A stretch of 64,000 nucleotides of DNA, from assembly GCF_021028975.2 (NCBI RefSeq), contig NC_059428.1, positions 148,490,001 through 148,554,000 on the forward strand. Direction: 5' to 3'. The position numbers and the translations under genes are program-made. The notes beneath the pieces are model-generated. The model was not told where the DNA came from and made no database searches. It saw nothing but the letters and a program-made list of their open reading frames with translations. Source of the DNA: Sphaerodactylus townsendi. Lineage: Eukaryota. Positions 1-11,292 of the stretch are shown piece by piece; positions within the stretch are counted from its first letter, which is position 1; the number at the start of each line of letters is the position of its first letter.

Positions 1-137
1 GCCATGCTTCCATTTAATAATAATTGCAGCAATTGAAAGCCAGGCTGATGGTTTTACTCCTTAAAAAATAAACCCTGGGGGCTGCCATATGAAACAGCTG
101 GATCGCTGGTCCATGAAGTCCAATGCTATTGAGCTTG

Positions 138-340
138 GCTGTTGTGACTTTTCCAGGCTGTGTGGCCGTAGTCTGGTTATTTTAGCTCCTAACGTTTCTC
201 CTGCATCTATGGCTGGTATCTTCAGAAGCACGATATACCTTGGAAGATGCCAGCCACAGATGCCGGGGAAGTGTCAGGTGCTAAACTACCAGACCACGGC
301 CACACAGACCGGAAAACACACAACAGCTGTGAAAGCCTTC
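138..340. mobile_element. Inverted pair of Penelope-like pLTR fragments with hammerhead-ribozyme cores
   Basis: 138-228 is the imperfect reverse complement of 238-327. Same family as 39946-40127 (CTGAAGATGCCAGCCACAG...GAAA...CCAGACCACGGCCACACAG...GTGAAAGCCTTC). Confidence 0.7.
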
Positions 341-1712
341 AGCTATCTAGACTGAGTGGCAGCCACTGCCCAAGGTCTCTGGACGGGCTTCTCTCAGCCC
401 TGCTTTGTTTATCTCAAGTGAAAGTGCTGAAAAGGTGGTTCAAAAAACCTCAGCCTCCAACATACCGTTTAAAAAAACGACAGCCGTTTATGTTTGTGAA
501 TTTAATAACCCCGTGATGTAGCCGATCTCCACTTTCCCAAGCATTTAAAAGAGCTTTCACAAACAGAAAGCCCAGGTCCTCTTTTCAGAAACGACAGGCT
601 CCAACACCACACAGGCAAGCTGGATGCATCCCTTTTCTCTCTCATCAAGATGCAAGATTTGTCTGGGTGGATTAAACCAAAAATGATCTTAGGGCCGTGT
701 TCTGCTTCCACTGGTGCAAAGACAATAAGCAACAGCCGCTTCTTGTATGACCCCCCTCTTCCCCAATGCATTTTGGTTCTCAAAGGTATACAATTTCTGT
801 CCATGGAGGTTCCATTTTCACATCGCCCTTAGCAGCATTTCCTGCTCCTTTGACCTCACCGGCAGAAGGAATTACGGTCTCTCAATTCACAGAGGTCGCT
901 TTGAAAACAAATAAAACCAAATCTAGAGCCTTACCTTGGAAGAAGAGGTATTGACTAAAGGTCACCCAGGACACAGATTTTTGGTGGCGGCGGCTGCTTC
1001 TCAAAGTGGGTGTTGTTTTCCCTCACAGGTTGTCTCCGCTGCAAAGAAAAAAAAACCCGACAGCTCCCAGCCAGCTCCCCGGCACTTTCCCAGAAGACTG
1101 GAGCTCTCGCGCTGTTAACAATCTGAAATCCTGAATGTAATCTATTAATGTACGGCCTGTCCAGCTGCCGGCACCACGGCAGAGAACAGGGATAATGAGA
1201 AATCCGCCTCCCCCCCTTTCCCCAGATGCTGCGTTCTGTTTAACGGTTTGGAGTCAAGATAAGCTGGAAGAGAGCAAACCAGAGAACACCCTTTTCTCTC
1301 TGGCTCCAGCGATCTCGCCACACACCCGGCAATAGCCAGGTTCTGCAGAAACAGATCCCGGGATCATTAGCCTCATTAAGAGAATCCCAGGGTGGGGGCT
1401 GCTGACGTTTGGGCGCCATAGATACCTATTCCCCCACCACCACCCCTGCCAAGGACGGCACCTTCATCGTATCCCTGGGGTTTGGAGGGGAAAAAAACCC
1501 CAAGAGGTATCCTGCAAGCAATAACAACGGTAATCACCACTGGTGCGCTCCTCACTGCATTGACTCAGGCCCAATATCGGCTTTTCAAACAAAATAACCA
1601 CAGGCTGGAGGGGTACAACTCCCACACACGATGCAATTTGTCCGTGGGATCTACAACACACAGGTGAGCAAACATGGAAACTGTGCTCTGGATAGACCCA
1701 TGAAGCTGTGAT

Positions 1713-1858
1713 TCTCCACACGTGCAGAATAACGCACTTTCGATCCACTTTCACAACTGTTTGCCAGTGGATTTTGCTATTCCGCACAGTCAAATCCAGC
1801 TGCAAAGTGCATTGGAAGTGGATTGAAAGTGCATTGTTCTGCATGTGCGGAAGGGGCC
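1713..1858. mobile_element. MITE with long TIRs (PIF/Harbinger-like)
   Basis: CACACGTGCAGAATAACGCACTTTCGATCCACTT is inverted to AAGTGGATTGAAAGTGCATTGTTCTGCATGTGCGGAAGGGGCC; a second copy lies at 17519-17670. Confidence 0.6.
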
Positions 1859-2687
1859 TAAGGTTCTTTTGTGGACCACCGTCCTTTCCCTGAAGGAAAG
1901 CAGTTTGAAATCCACCCTGTTAGATCCAAGATGGATTCAGAGGTGGACCCAAGAACCCAAGAAAGCCAAACCCGTGTGCACAGGGACAAGACCTCCCCCC
2001 CACACACACACACACACACACAGACCCGAGCTCTGTGCCCCTTGGCCAGATGGTGCTCATAGCATCAACCGGCTGCTCCAGCACGGGACCTCAATTTCAG
2101 AACGGCCCCCTCCCCCAGCAGCCAAACCTTCGCCTTTCACAAAGGGCCTCATCAATTAGCCAGTCCATTAAAAGGGTGGGTGAGAGCAGAGCCCCAGAAA
2201 CCGGATTAGCGAGCTGTTTTGACATCAAATGTAACCCCCAAGTGCCGCTCTTCCAAACAATTATCAGAAAGGATTATTCGGGGTTGGGGGCGGAAGGAAG
2301 GAAGGAAAGCAACGTTGGATGTGATTTTAGTTGGTTTTCAGAGGCCTGTTAGCAGGGCAGGTAAATGACATGAGTGGGACAGAGAAAACCTGCCCAGGAA
2401 CCAAAGATAATTCAGGACTTCCTGAGTGACAGCCTAGTAGTTCATTTGCTACTAATTCATCTGGTACCATCTGGTCCTTGCTCATTCTGTATTTATGTAT
2501 TTAATGTATATACCGCCCTCCCCCGAAAGGGTTATAGAGCAGTGCACACAGTAAACATAAAATCAATAACATAACATCATAAAACATCATAAGCACAACA
2601 TCATAGACATAGCATCATAAACATAACATTGTAAACCACAATAAAACAGCATTATAAAACATGGCGAGCATCAGATTTTTAACACAA

Positions 2688-2918
2688 GGCTGGCGTGGTG
2701 TCGTGATCAAGAACAGGCAGACCCTAATCTGGAGAACCAGGTTTGATTCCCCGCTCCTCCACACGAAGCCTGCTGGGTGACCTTGGGGCAGTCACAGTTC
2801 TCTCAGAACTCTCTCAGCCCCACCTGCCTCACAAGGAGAGGAAGGGAAAGGAGTTTGTAAGCCACCTTGAATCTTTTTTACAGGAGAGAAAAGCAGGGCA
2901 TAAATCCAAGCTCCTTCT
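2688..2918 (+). mobile_element. tRNA-derived SINE (Squam3-like, CORE-like body)
   Basis: A box GGCGTGGTG.., B box GGTTTGATTCCC, GCTGGGTGACCTTGGG core, ATAAATCCAA tail. Confidence 0.75.
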
Positions 2919-4610
2919 GCAATAGGGCTGTTCAAACTGGCAGAACCTGATTATTATTAAAACTGTGATGCAAAGTTAGATTCACAAACATGCAACCATT
3001 AGATAGTTTCAGAGACCGGCCACGTTGTTCTGGAGAAGAGCTAGGTTGTGCAGTGCAGTGATTAGGAGCACTGAATGAGGAACTGGAAGACCTGGGTTCA
3101 AATTCCCAGTCGAGCCATAGGAGCTCATTGGGAGACCTTGGGTCAATCACACACTCTCAGCCTAACCTACCTCACAGGGCTCCATGTTCCATATCGGACA
3201 CCCTTTGAAGAACGCTTGAGAGCAGAATTCAGGGACCCATTGATTTCTGGAGGAACCGGTCTGGCTGTCATGGACTATCAGCTACCTGGAAGAAGAGAAG
3301 GAGGGTAAAGATCAGACTTAGGCAAAAACCAGGAACGGCAAAAGCCTCAGAGTGGGCAGGCCTTTCCCCCTCTGAAGGCCCCCAAGCAGAGGTCACCCAG
3401 GGACTCCCAGGACCTGAATTTCCTGCCCTGGGCACAGGGCTGATTAGATTACCTTGAGGGCTGTTCGAACATCCAGCTCTACCATTCAAGGGTTCAAGAA
3501 ATTAAACGCGAACAGAACTGTCATTTCCACACAATGCTGTTTATGTCAATTTTTTCCCTAGCAGCAGGGATGAACCACTGAAAGCCCAGCCAAGAAATTT
3601 CTCAAGGACCCAGACAGTTGCCCGCAAAGCTGGTTAACTGGGAAACGAACTTCCATGATTATTATATAAGTGTGGATCACGCGTGGCTAATTAACCTCTA
3701 TCTGACATATTTCCTCCCTCAGTTAACTCCGGCGCATCTCTACATGAAGAAATGCTCAGCGGTGGCTGTTTTCTAGAGCGACCTACAAATTGGCATCCCA
3801 GAGGTCAGCGTGAGCAGAGCTGAAACCACCCAGCGGCTCTGCCTGCTAAACAGAAAAACCGAGTCACAAAGGAAAGCACAGCTGTCGGCGGCCACAGAAC
3901 ATGATACTCACATGCGTCCGTTTGCCATGATGGTGGACCTGCTCCCTTTCTGCTGTGTGAGAGTTGGGATGGAGACAAGAGAAAGTGGTTATCACCTGTT
4001 TTTTTGTTTTATTTGACTTTCTCCGCAAGACTTAGGCCAATACCAAAGGGGGATCAAAAAGTAATCCTATAGCACAAGACATCCAATGAACAATGCAATC
4101 CAAAAAACTCAAAGACAATCACAGCTACAAAACTACTCCCATGTTTTTCCGGGCTGTTCGAACTTACTACAGTTCTGATCCCGATGTCAGAATGCACCCC
4201 CCCCCCTCCACGCCCCGAACTGTCTTGTTTTGCACAGTTTGCTAAATCAAAGCAAAGCAAAGCAGGAATCTCTTGCACTACTTAAAAGACTAACCGGGAG
4301 CTTTGGGGAGCGCATAATTTCTCATCGGCATCTGTGCTGCACCGTTAATATCTGTGGGGGGCAAACAGGCAATTTATGAGCGTTGTCTTATTATGTGCCC
4401 TGTGCTGCCTTTGTTAAGTGGTTTCCTAATTTTGTAATCCAGGAGCGTTGCACTTTTTGTGGTATATGCAGTCCAGTTTTTCATGGGGCTCAAATCAAAT
4501 CAAAGAACCTTTATTGGCATAACAATATCGTGGTATTATATACACAGGTCCACTTAACTAAATAAAATACAAAGAAAAAAGAGGGGTATTGTCATGGAAT
4601 GATGCTATCG

Positions 4611-4764
4611 CCGTGGTGGTGAACCTTTGGCACTCCAGATGTTATGGACTACAATTCCCATCAGCCCCTGCCAGCATGGCCAATTGGCCAATTGGCCATG
4701 CTGGCAGGGGCTGATGGGAATTGTAGTCCATAACATCTGGAGTGCCAAAGGTTCGCCACCACTG
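4611..4764. mobile_element. Palindromic hAT-type MITE
   Basis: Near-perfect 154-bp palindrome with arms GAACCTTTGGCACTCCAGATGTTATGGACTACAATTCCCATCAGCCCCTGCCAGCATGGCCAATTG. Confidence 0.85.
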
Positions 4765-6643
4765 TAGCTATCACTACAGCAAAGGGAAGTCACATATGAC
4801 TGTGAAAAGTATCTTTCCATGACAAGGGGAAAGTTCAGATTTTGCTCCTAGAGCACTGTTTCATATAAGAATCCAAGTATTTGGCAACTGCATCATTTGC
4901 GTCACTATTGGGGTTGTCCAACAGAAAGGAAACCTTTTGCAAGTCAGATGCATATTCTTTTTTGAGTAGCAGGGATGACAAATATTTATCTCTGGGTACA
5001 GCATAAAGTGGACAATAAAGTAAAATGTGGTCTATAGAATCTACACAATTCCCATTGCATATGCATAGCCTTTAGTGGTAAGGGGTTTTGATAAATCTCC
5101 CTGTTGGTGCAGCTGATGGAAGGGCACTACAACAGGCAGTCCAGCTTTTCATGGTGCTGTTTCATAATCTGCCCTGAATCTCTGCAAGAAAGGCAGGCTA
5201 CAAAGGGAGCTGATAAAACAACACAGTCTACCCAAACTCTTCTCTTTTGTTTGACTTTTGTTTGTTTTTCAGCAACAATTCCTAGAGGTTTGCAGCAGTG
5301 TAACTGTTAGGACTGTTAGTTACGGCTTGCGTGCTGCTGTGCAGATTAAGATAGTAAATATTTTGGTTTTCTAAACCAAAGGGAAGGAGTTGTTGCTAGG
5401 GAAGAGCAAGGGCGCCATCAAGGGCTGGTTCCTGCAGTTGCAAACCAACATTAAATGCAGCCAGGAGAGAAGGGCCATTTCCACAAAGATCCCTGAAAAC
5501 ATTTGCAAAATGTTTTCTATCCCCCTCCCCTATTTGTCTGCACTCCCCCCGCCCTCAAAACGATTCCTGGCCAACATTTTGTGATCATTCCATTTTTTAA
5601 AAAATTATTCATGAAATTGATGCTATGTTGCTTCAAAGCCTCGTGCTGCAATTCTCATCTGTTGCGTGCACAAGAAATATGTGAAATTGCAGCCATGATG
5701 CCAAAGAAGAGCGGAAGAAGAAAGCCCTTCATGCTGGATATCTGCCATACGCTGAAGGGTTTTTTGGGGACGTAGAACACCCTCAAGCAGAAGCAGTCTA
5801 TCCGAGCAGCAAGCTCTTGCAGGAGTCATCCACAATACGTCCACAAGGATCCCTAACTGGCGTTCCTGCTAAGTCGCAGGACAGGCTGGGGTACAGAGAT
5901 GCCAGGGGAACGGATCTAGCTCAGCCGGATGTAAAAGAAGAGCCGGCTGCCTCCACTTTCTGAGCAAAGTCCTGAATTTCTCTCCCTGCAACTAACACGG
6001 CAAAGGGCCACCTCTCTACGTCACACCAGCCATTATTCCAATCAATTGTTTTAATCAGTTGTGTGGGTTAATCTGACGTTTGGTTTGTGCTTTGTGTTTT
6101 GGACGGGTCTATTGACTGCAAAGTTCTTGATTAAATTACCCCAATCATATTGGTTCTCGTCTATCCCTTCCACAGGGGCCTCTTCTACCCAGCCAGCCTT
6201 CCCCGATTGGATGGCTCCATTCCCCACAAACACACACAGACACACAGTCTTTGGAGAGGCAGGTTTAGTGGTATAAACAGGGCAAGTGGCTGTCGGGTGA
6301 AGGCTAATGGGTTTGCTGAAATTGGGTACCATCGAGACCGACTGTCAAGTGTCATTCGTTAATGGCAGACAGAAGCTTTGCAGATGAACCAGAGACCGAG
6401 GGGGGAGACTGCAGGAAAGAGCAGTAAGAGCTGGCAAATTGGGGGTGGGGGGTGGGGGAGAATAGAGCGGATGCTGACTTTTAATCTCATCTGTAACCAT
6501 TCAGAAGTCCGGGTGCCTGGCCAGGCGGGCTGGGTCGCCCGACAAACAACATTCCCCCCCACAACGCGATTTGATTTCCGCCCATAACGCAGATCCATTT
6601 TAGTACATTTCCATCCTCTCCTCCTTCTGCACAGAATCTGTGG

Positions 6644-6950
6644 AGCAGCAGTGGCGTAGGAGGTTAAGAGCTCGTGTATCTAATCTGGAGGAACCGGGTT
6701 TGATTCCCAGCTCTGCCGCCTGAGCTGTGGAGGCTTATCTGGGGAATTCAGATTAGCCTGTACACTCCCACACACGCCAGCTGGGTGACCTTGGGCTAGT
6801 CACAGCTTCTCAGAGCTCTCTCAGCCCTACCCACCTCACAGGGTGTTTGTTGTGAGGGGGGAAGGGCAAGGAGATTGTCAGCCCCTTTGAGTCTCCTGCA
6901 GGAGAGAAAGGGGGGATATAAATCCAAACTCTTCTTTTTCTTCTTCTTCC
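6644..6950 (+). mobile_element. tRNA-derived SINE, full length with (TTC)n tail
   Basis: Same multi-copy family; more than 12 copies in the window. Confidence 0.85.
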
Positions 6951-7393
6951 TCTGTCTTATATTTACGACCCTGCGAGGTAGGCTAGGCCAAGGGCGGGAA
7001 CAGTCGGTCCCAGTGCATTTCACAGCGAGAAGGGAAAAGGAACGAAGTGCGGAAAAGCATCACAGTCACGGCACTTACGGCTGAAGCGTCTGGGCTTTTT
7101 TAGTTCGTTTCACGAGAGATTGATGCTGGATGGTGAAAACAAAACTGGGAATAGAGAAACTTTCCTCCCCTCTTGGAACTTGGGGTCACCCTATAAAACT
7201 GCTTGGCAGGGGACTCAGCACAGACCACGCGTGGCCACTTCACCCAGTGGGCACCTGACTTGCGGAAGAAACTGCCACAAAGTATGTTTCTGCCCTTCTC
7301 CACCCCTCTTTCACACGGGCACCCCTCTATCCCTAGTGCTCTTGAACAGAGTGGGTTATCACGGGTATGCAGATAACACACAGTTGAAGATCT

Positions 7394-7586
7394 GAGAGCC
7401 AGCATGGTGTAGTGGTTAAGAGCAGGTGCACTCTAATCTGGAGAACCAGGTTTGATTTCCAACTCTACCTCCTGAGCTGTGGAGGATGGTGAATCAGATT
7501 AGCTTGTGCACTCCAACACATGCCAGATGGGTGACCTTGGGCTAGTCACAGCTCTTCGGAGCTCTCAGCCCCACACACCCTCACCT
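7394..7586 (+). mobile_element. tRNA-derived SINE, 3'-truncated
   Basis: Same family. Confidence 0.8.
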
Positions 7587-8344
7587 TTGGGGGGGGGCAG
7601 CAAACCATTTTTCCAACCCCAGCCAATTTATTTCCAACCTCAGAACTGAATGGCAGACGCCTTTATTTGCCCACCTCACAGAGCACGGCAGTGTTTGCTT
7701 CTTACGTTTGTGTGTTTTACGCATCCACCTCCCGCAAGCACCCGCCACGCTGAGAAACCGAGCCCAGATTCTTCCGCTTCCTCGATTCGGCGGTCCAAGC
7801 CTCCCGGCGTTGCGAGAGGAACAGTCTCTGTTTCGATCTGCGCCTTCGTCCCAAGCACCAACAAACTGGGTTTTGGCAGCTGAGCCAGGCCCAGAGGAGC
7901 CGTTACAGGCCCGTGTCTCGGCGGGTGGGAGACGCGTGCAGGTGGCAAACAGCCCTGGGCTGGGGCCCACCCTGCAGGAGGGAGCAAAACCACTCGTGCA
8001 GCTGAGACCTAGTCTAGAGGGAGCCATCAGATACATCTCCGGCCCAGATGCTGCTCTTAGCGACAGGTCTCTCTGGTTTCTGACGGGGGGGAGGAGAGTG
8101 CAGGCCAGGGGCAGCCGATTCCTGGCCATTCCGCAGGGTTTTCAAGGCAAGAGACATTCAGGTATAGTTTGCTGTTGCCTGCCTCTGCAAAACAGTGCCG
8201 AGCGATCCCGCTAAGCTTCTGAGATCTGACAAGGTCAGGTTGGCTCGGCCTGGCCAGGTCAAGGCAAGAAAAGTTCAGAAGTGGGTTTTCGTTGCCTTCC
8301 TCTGCACAGTGACCCCGGAATTCCTGCGTGGTCTCCCATCCAAG

Positions 8345-8640
8345 TAGAAGAATCAGAGAAGAAGAGTTTTGGATTTATATCCCCCCTTTCTCTTCTGTAA
8401 GGAGACTCAAAGGGGCTGACAATCTCCTTGCCCTTCCCTCCCCTCCCCACAGCAAACACCCTGTGAGGTGGGTGGGGCTGAGAGAGCTCTGAAGAACTGT
8501 CACCCAGCTGGCATGTGCTGGAGTGCACAAGCTAATCTGGTTCACCAGATAAGCCTCCACCGCTCAAGTGGCAGAGCGGGGGATCAAACCCGGTTCTCCA
8601 GATTAGAGTGCACCTGCTCTTAACCAAGACACCACGGAGG
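8345..8640 (-). mobile_element. tRNA-derived SINE
   Basis: Same family, reverse strand. Confidence 0.8.
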
Positions 8641-9128
8641 CTCCATGTATCTATCACGGCTCATCGTCCCCAACAGCCTCCCTCAACTTTATAATATTAG
8701 AAAACACAGCATCCCCTTGGTTTAAATCTTGTTTTTAATGAGTACAGCATCCCAGAAATGAAACAAAAAGGGCTCGGCGTCGTTATCGCACAGAAGCTGT
8801 TCTAGGATCAGGAGCGGCAAATGGTCATCGAGATGCCTCTTCCATGCTCCCCAACCCTAGCTGTGAACACGAACTTGTCTGGGAAACAAGAGGGATCCCG
8901 GGAGCCACCAGCCGGAGAAAGGGGATCAAAGAGCTGGGGGCCACGATCCTTCGATCAGAAGAGAACAGGCAGCCTGGAGTCACCTAAGGAAATTCTGTAC
9001 AGTCACGACTTGGTGCAAAGAAGTGTTCTGAAATCTTTCCACTCCTGAGTACAAGAAACAACTTCTGCATCTCTTCGCTGGCACCCTGCAGTCAGTTCTG
9101 TTGGCCGGGCACCTCGTTCCATCAGAGG

Positions 9129-10294
9129 TCAGATCTCGGGCTTGAAAACCCTGTGGAGACGCAAAAGAAAAACCCGTGTCTCTTCAAAAGTCACTGTGAA
9201 CATTTCCTGCCTTTTACCCACACGGGGATTTCTCCTTTTCGGGGTGTGCCGGGCTCCCTGCCCAAGTGCTTGACCCTGCTTTGAGATCTCAGGCCAAACT
9301 CACCTACCTTCGCTCCCCCCAAACCAGACTAGAAACTTTTACACAAGAACCCACCTTTGGGATTCCTCTTTAGCATGCTGGACTGCGGTGTGGGACAGAG
9401 ACGGCCATGCTCTCTAGGATCTGACTCAATCTTAGGCACCCCAGGAAACTGATCTTCTGGCCAGGAGCTCTTTGGTCCCTTGGAGTCCCAGAAGGCTGAA
9501 CAGTCACTGTGCCTGTCTTGTGCACTTTTAAAACATTTGCAGTGAGGTTTCCTGTTCTGCCTCTTGCGCTTGATGGCCTTTGAGCGCTACAGTTTGCTGT
9601 TTATTTCTCCCTCTGCGCCTCTCTGCCAACTGGGATTTCGCATCATGCATTTAACATAGAGACGGGGAAGAGGGAAAATGCTTCCGCTTTTATTAATCTG
9701 TGAAGTACCTTAAGACTCCCCCTTTTCTAAGCCCAGCTATCTCGGGGAAAGAGATCGCTGACTGTGTGCCATTTACCTGCTTTCCCGAGAAGTTCCTGGT
9801 TGTTCTTTCTTCTGTGCCACCCTCTCCGAGAGCCCTGGGAACAGGGTGGCTTTTTGCCGGGATGCCGGAGTTCTTCCTTGGTGCTGAAGGACACCCAGGA
9901 GGGTCCTGACGGCTCGGGTTCTCAGAGAGGCCTGCGGCAGGAAGGCTCTCTTGCCGGCTTTCCTCTTCTCAGGTGGCCCCTGGGACGCCAGGTGAGGTTG
10001 CTTCAGCGCAGTCCACGTTTCAGCCTCTGCTGGGTATTGCTGCAACCTCAGCCACGGAGCAGCCACCCTGTTGGTGGGCAGGTAGGGGCCCGCATCCGGG
10101 CTCTGCTCCAGCTCCTCCGCCAATGCCCGGCGCCACAGGTAAGGGGACCGTCCGACCCCCATCAGGAGCCCTGAAGCTCGCCCCACGGTGTGGTATCTCG
10201 GGCTGGCCACGTGCTTGTACCAAGCCCCCACGGGGCCGAGGACCAAGATCAAGCCCAGGAAGTGGAAGGACCTCCAAGGCCTTAAGATCATCAT
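9129..10294 (-). CDS. NPW: Neuropeptide W precursor (exon 1 10294..9777; candidate short exon 2 9150..9129)
   Basis: ATG at 10294 and a 24-aa signal peptide ([24 protein letters not shown]), then [32 protein letters not shown] (10222..10133), the NPW30 signature. Donor CAG|GTAAAT at 9777/9776. Acceptor tttttcttttgcgtctccacag at 9151 gives ...SRVFKPEI*. Exon 2 is less certain than exon 1. Synteny with ZNF598 supports the call. Confidence 0.93.
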
Positions 10295-10444
10295 GGAAAG
10301 AAGGACAGCAGCAGCTCCTGCAGGCGCTCGAAGCCCAAGATCGAGAGGACGGGAGAAGACCCCCAAACAAACGCAAAAAGTCTGCAGCCAGGCGGCTCGG
10401 GAGACGGCAGAGGGGTCTCTCACTCTCTGCCTCGCTTCCCCATG

Positions 10445-10454
10445 TCTATATAAA
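10445..10454 (-). promoter_or_regulatory. Candidate TATA box of NPW
   Basis: TTTATATAG on the minus strand about 155 nt upstream of the ATG, an isolated AT patch in GC-rich sequence. Confidence 0.45.
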
Positions 10455-11119
10455 CACAGTGAGGGAGGAGCAGCAGCCCTCTTCTCTCTTGCCCCCCCCC
10501 CCCAGCTTTGTGGCTCCGCCTTTTTCCCAGCTGGGGTGTCAAGAGCTGAAATCACCAGCAAGCCAGCAAAGACTCACCCCTACCCCCCCCAACACAGGTC
10601 CCACCCACCCTACATAGTCATAGGCTAAATGTTTTGTGCATTCCCAGTGGCTTCGGGAGCTCCCTGGCATAGGCAGAGATTCCACAGTTGCAGTGCTTTC
10701 CTAGCAACATGTGCTGGGAAGAGATGCCCCTGTTGAATTTCTGCCTGTCGGCCAGCAAGGCTACACAAGCTTCCTTGGAAGACAGCGCAACACACAGCAT
10801 TGAGTGTATTCACCTGAAAGGAATACAGGTGAATGTAAGATGTTCCCTCCCCGAATTTTACACCCAAAAAGATTTTTATTATTGGAGGTAGCTGTCACTT
10901 CTTTGCACATTTAAGAAAACCTCCTTCGCGGGGGGTAGCATATCTGAGGGACAAAAAACAATCTTGCAATTGAGAAAATGTAGTGCCTCACGGAACGGGC
11001 ACTTAAAGATGACAACCTCCAGGACAGATGCAACCATCTGGGAGACTTTTTTTGTGAGCTCCAAAACCACTAAAGGGCATTTGAACTTGGGCAAGCAACA
11101 GGGGAGGTATTAAGGGGGT

Positions 11120-11292
11120 GGCAGGTTGCCAACTTCAGCACGGGAACTTCCTGTAGATTTGAGGGCCGGGTATAATGCCATAGAGTCGGTCCTCCAAAGC
11201 AGTCAAGTTCTCTACAGGAACTGACCTCTGTTGTCTGGAGACCCACCTGGATTTCGGGAGGTCTCCAGGACTCACCTGGAGGTTGGCAAGCC
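11120..11292. mobile_element. Degenerate hAT-like MITE (GGTTGCCAAC ends); relatives near 47720-47850 and 54300-54480
   Basis: GGTTGCCAAC ... GTTGGCAAGCCTA ends; the internal ACCTGGAGGTTGGCA motif recurs in the window. Confidence 0.5.

Noticed and set aside
7581-8214. Overlapping 168-182 aa ORFs in a GC-rich patch
   Set aside because: No recognisable homology; stop-poor composition explains them.
9867-9889. RE1-like TTCAGCACCAAGGAAG inside NPW exon 1
   Set aside because: The right half-site GGACAG is missing, and the sequence is under coding constraint.
10295-10561. 89-aa N-terminal extension of the NPW ORF
   Set aside because: Non-ATG start upstream of the candidate TATA box; the signal peptide begins at ATG 10294.
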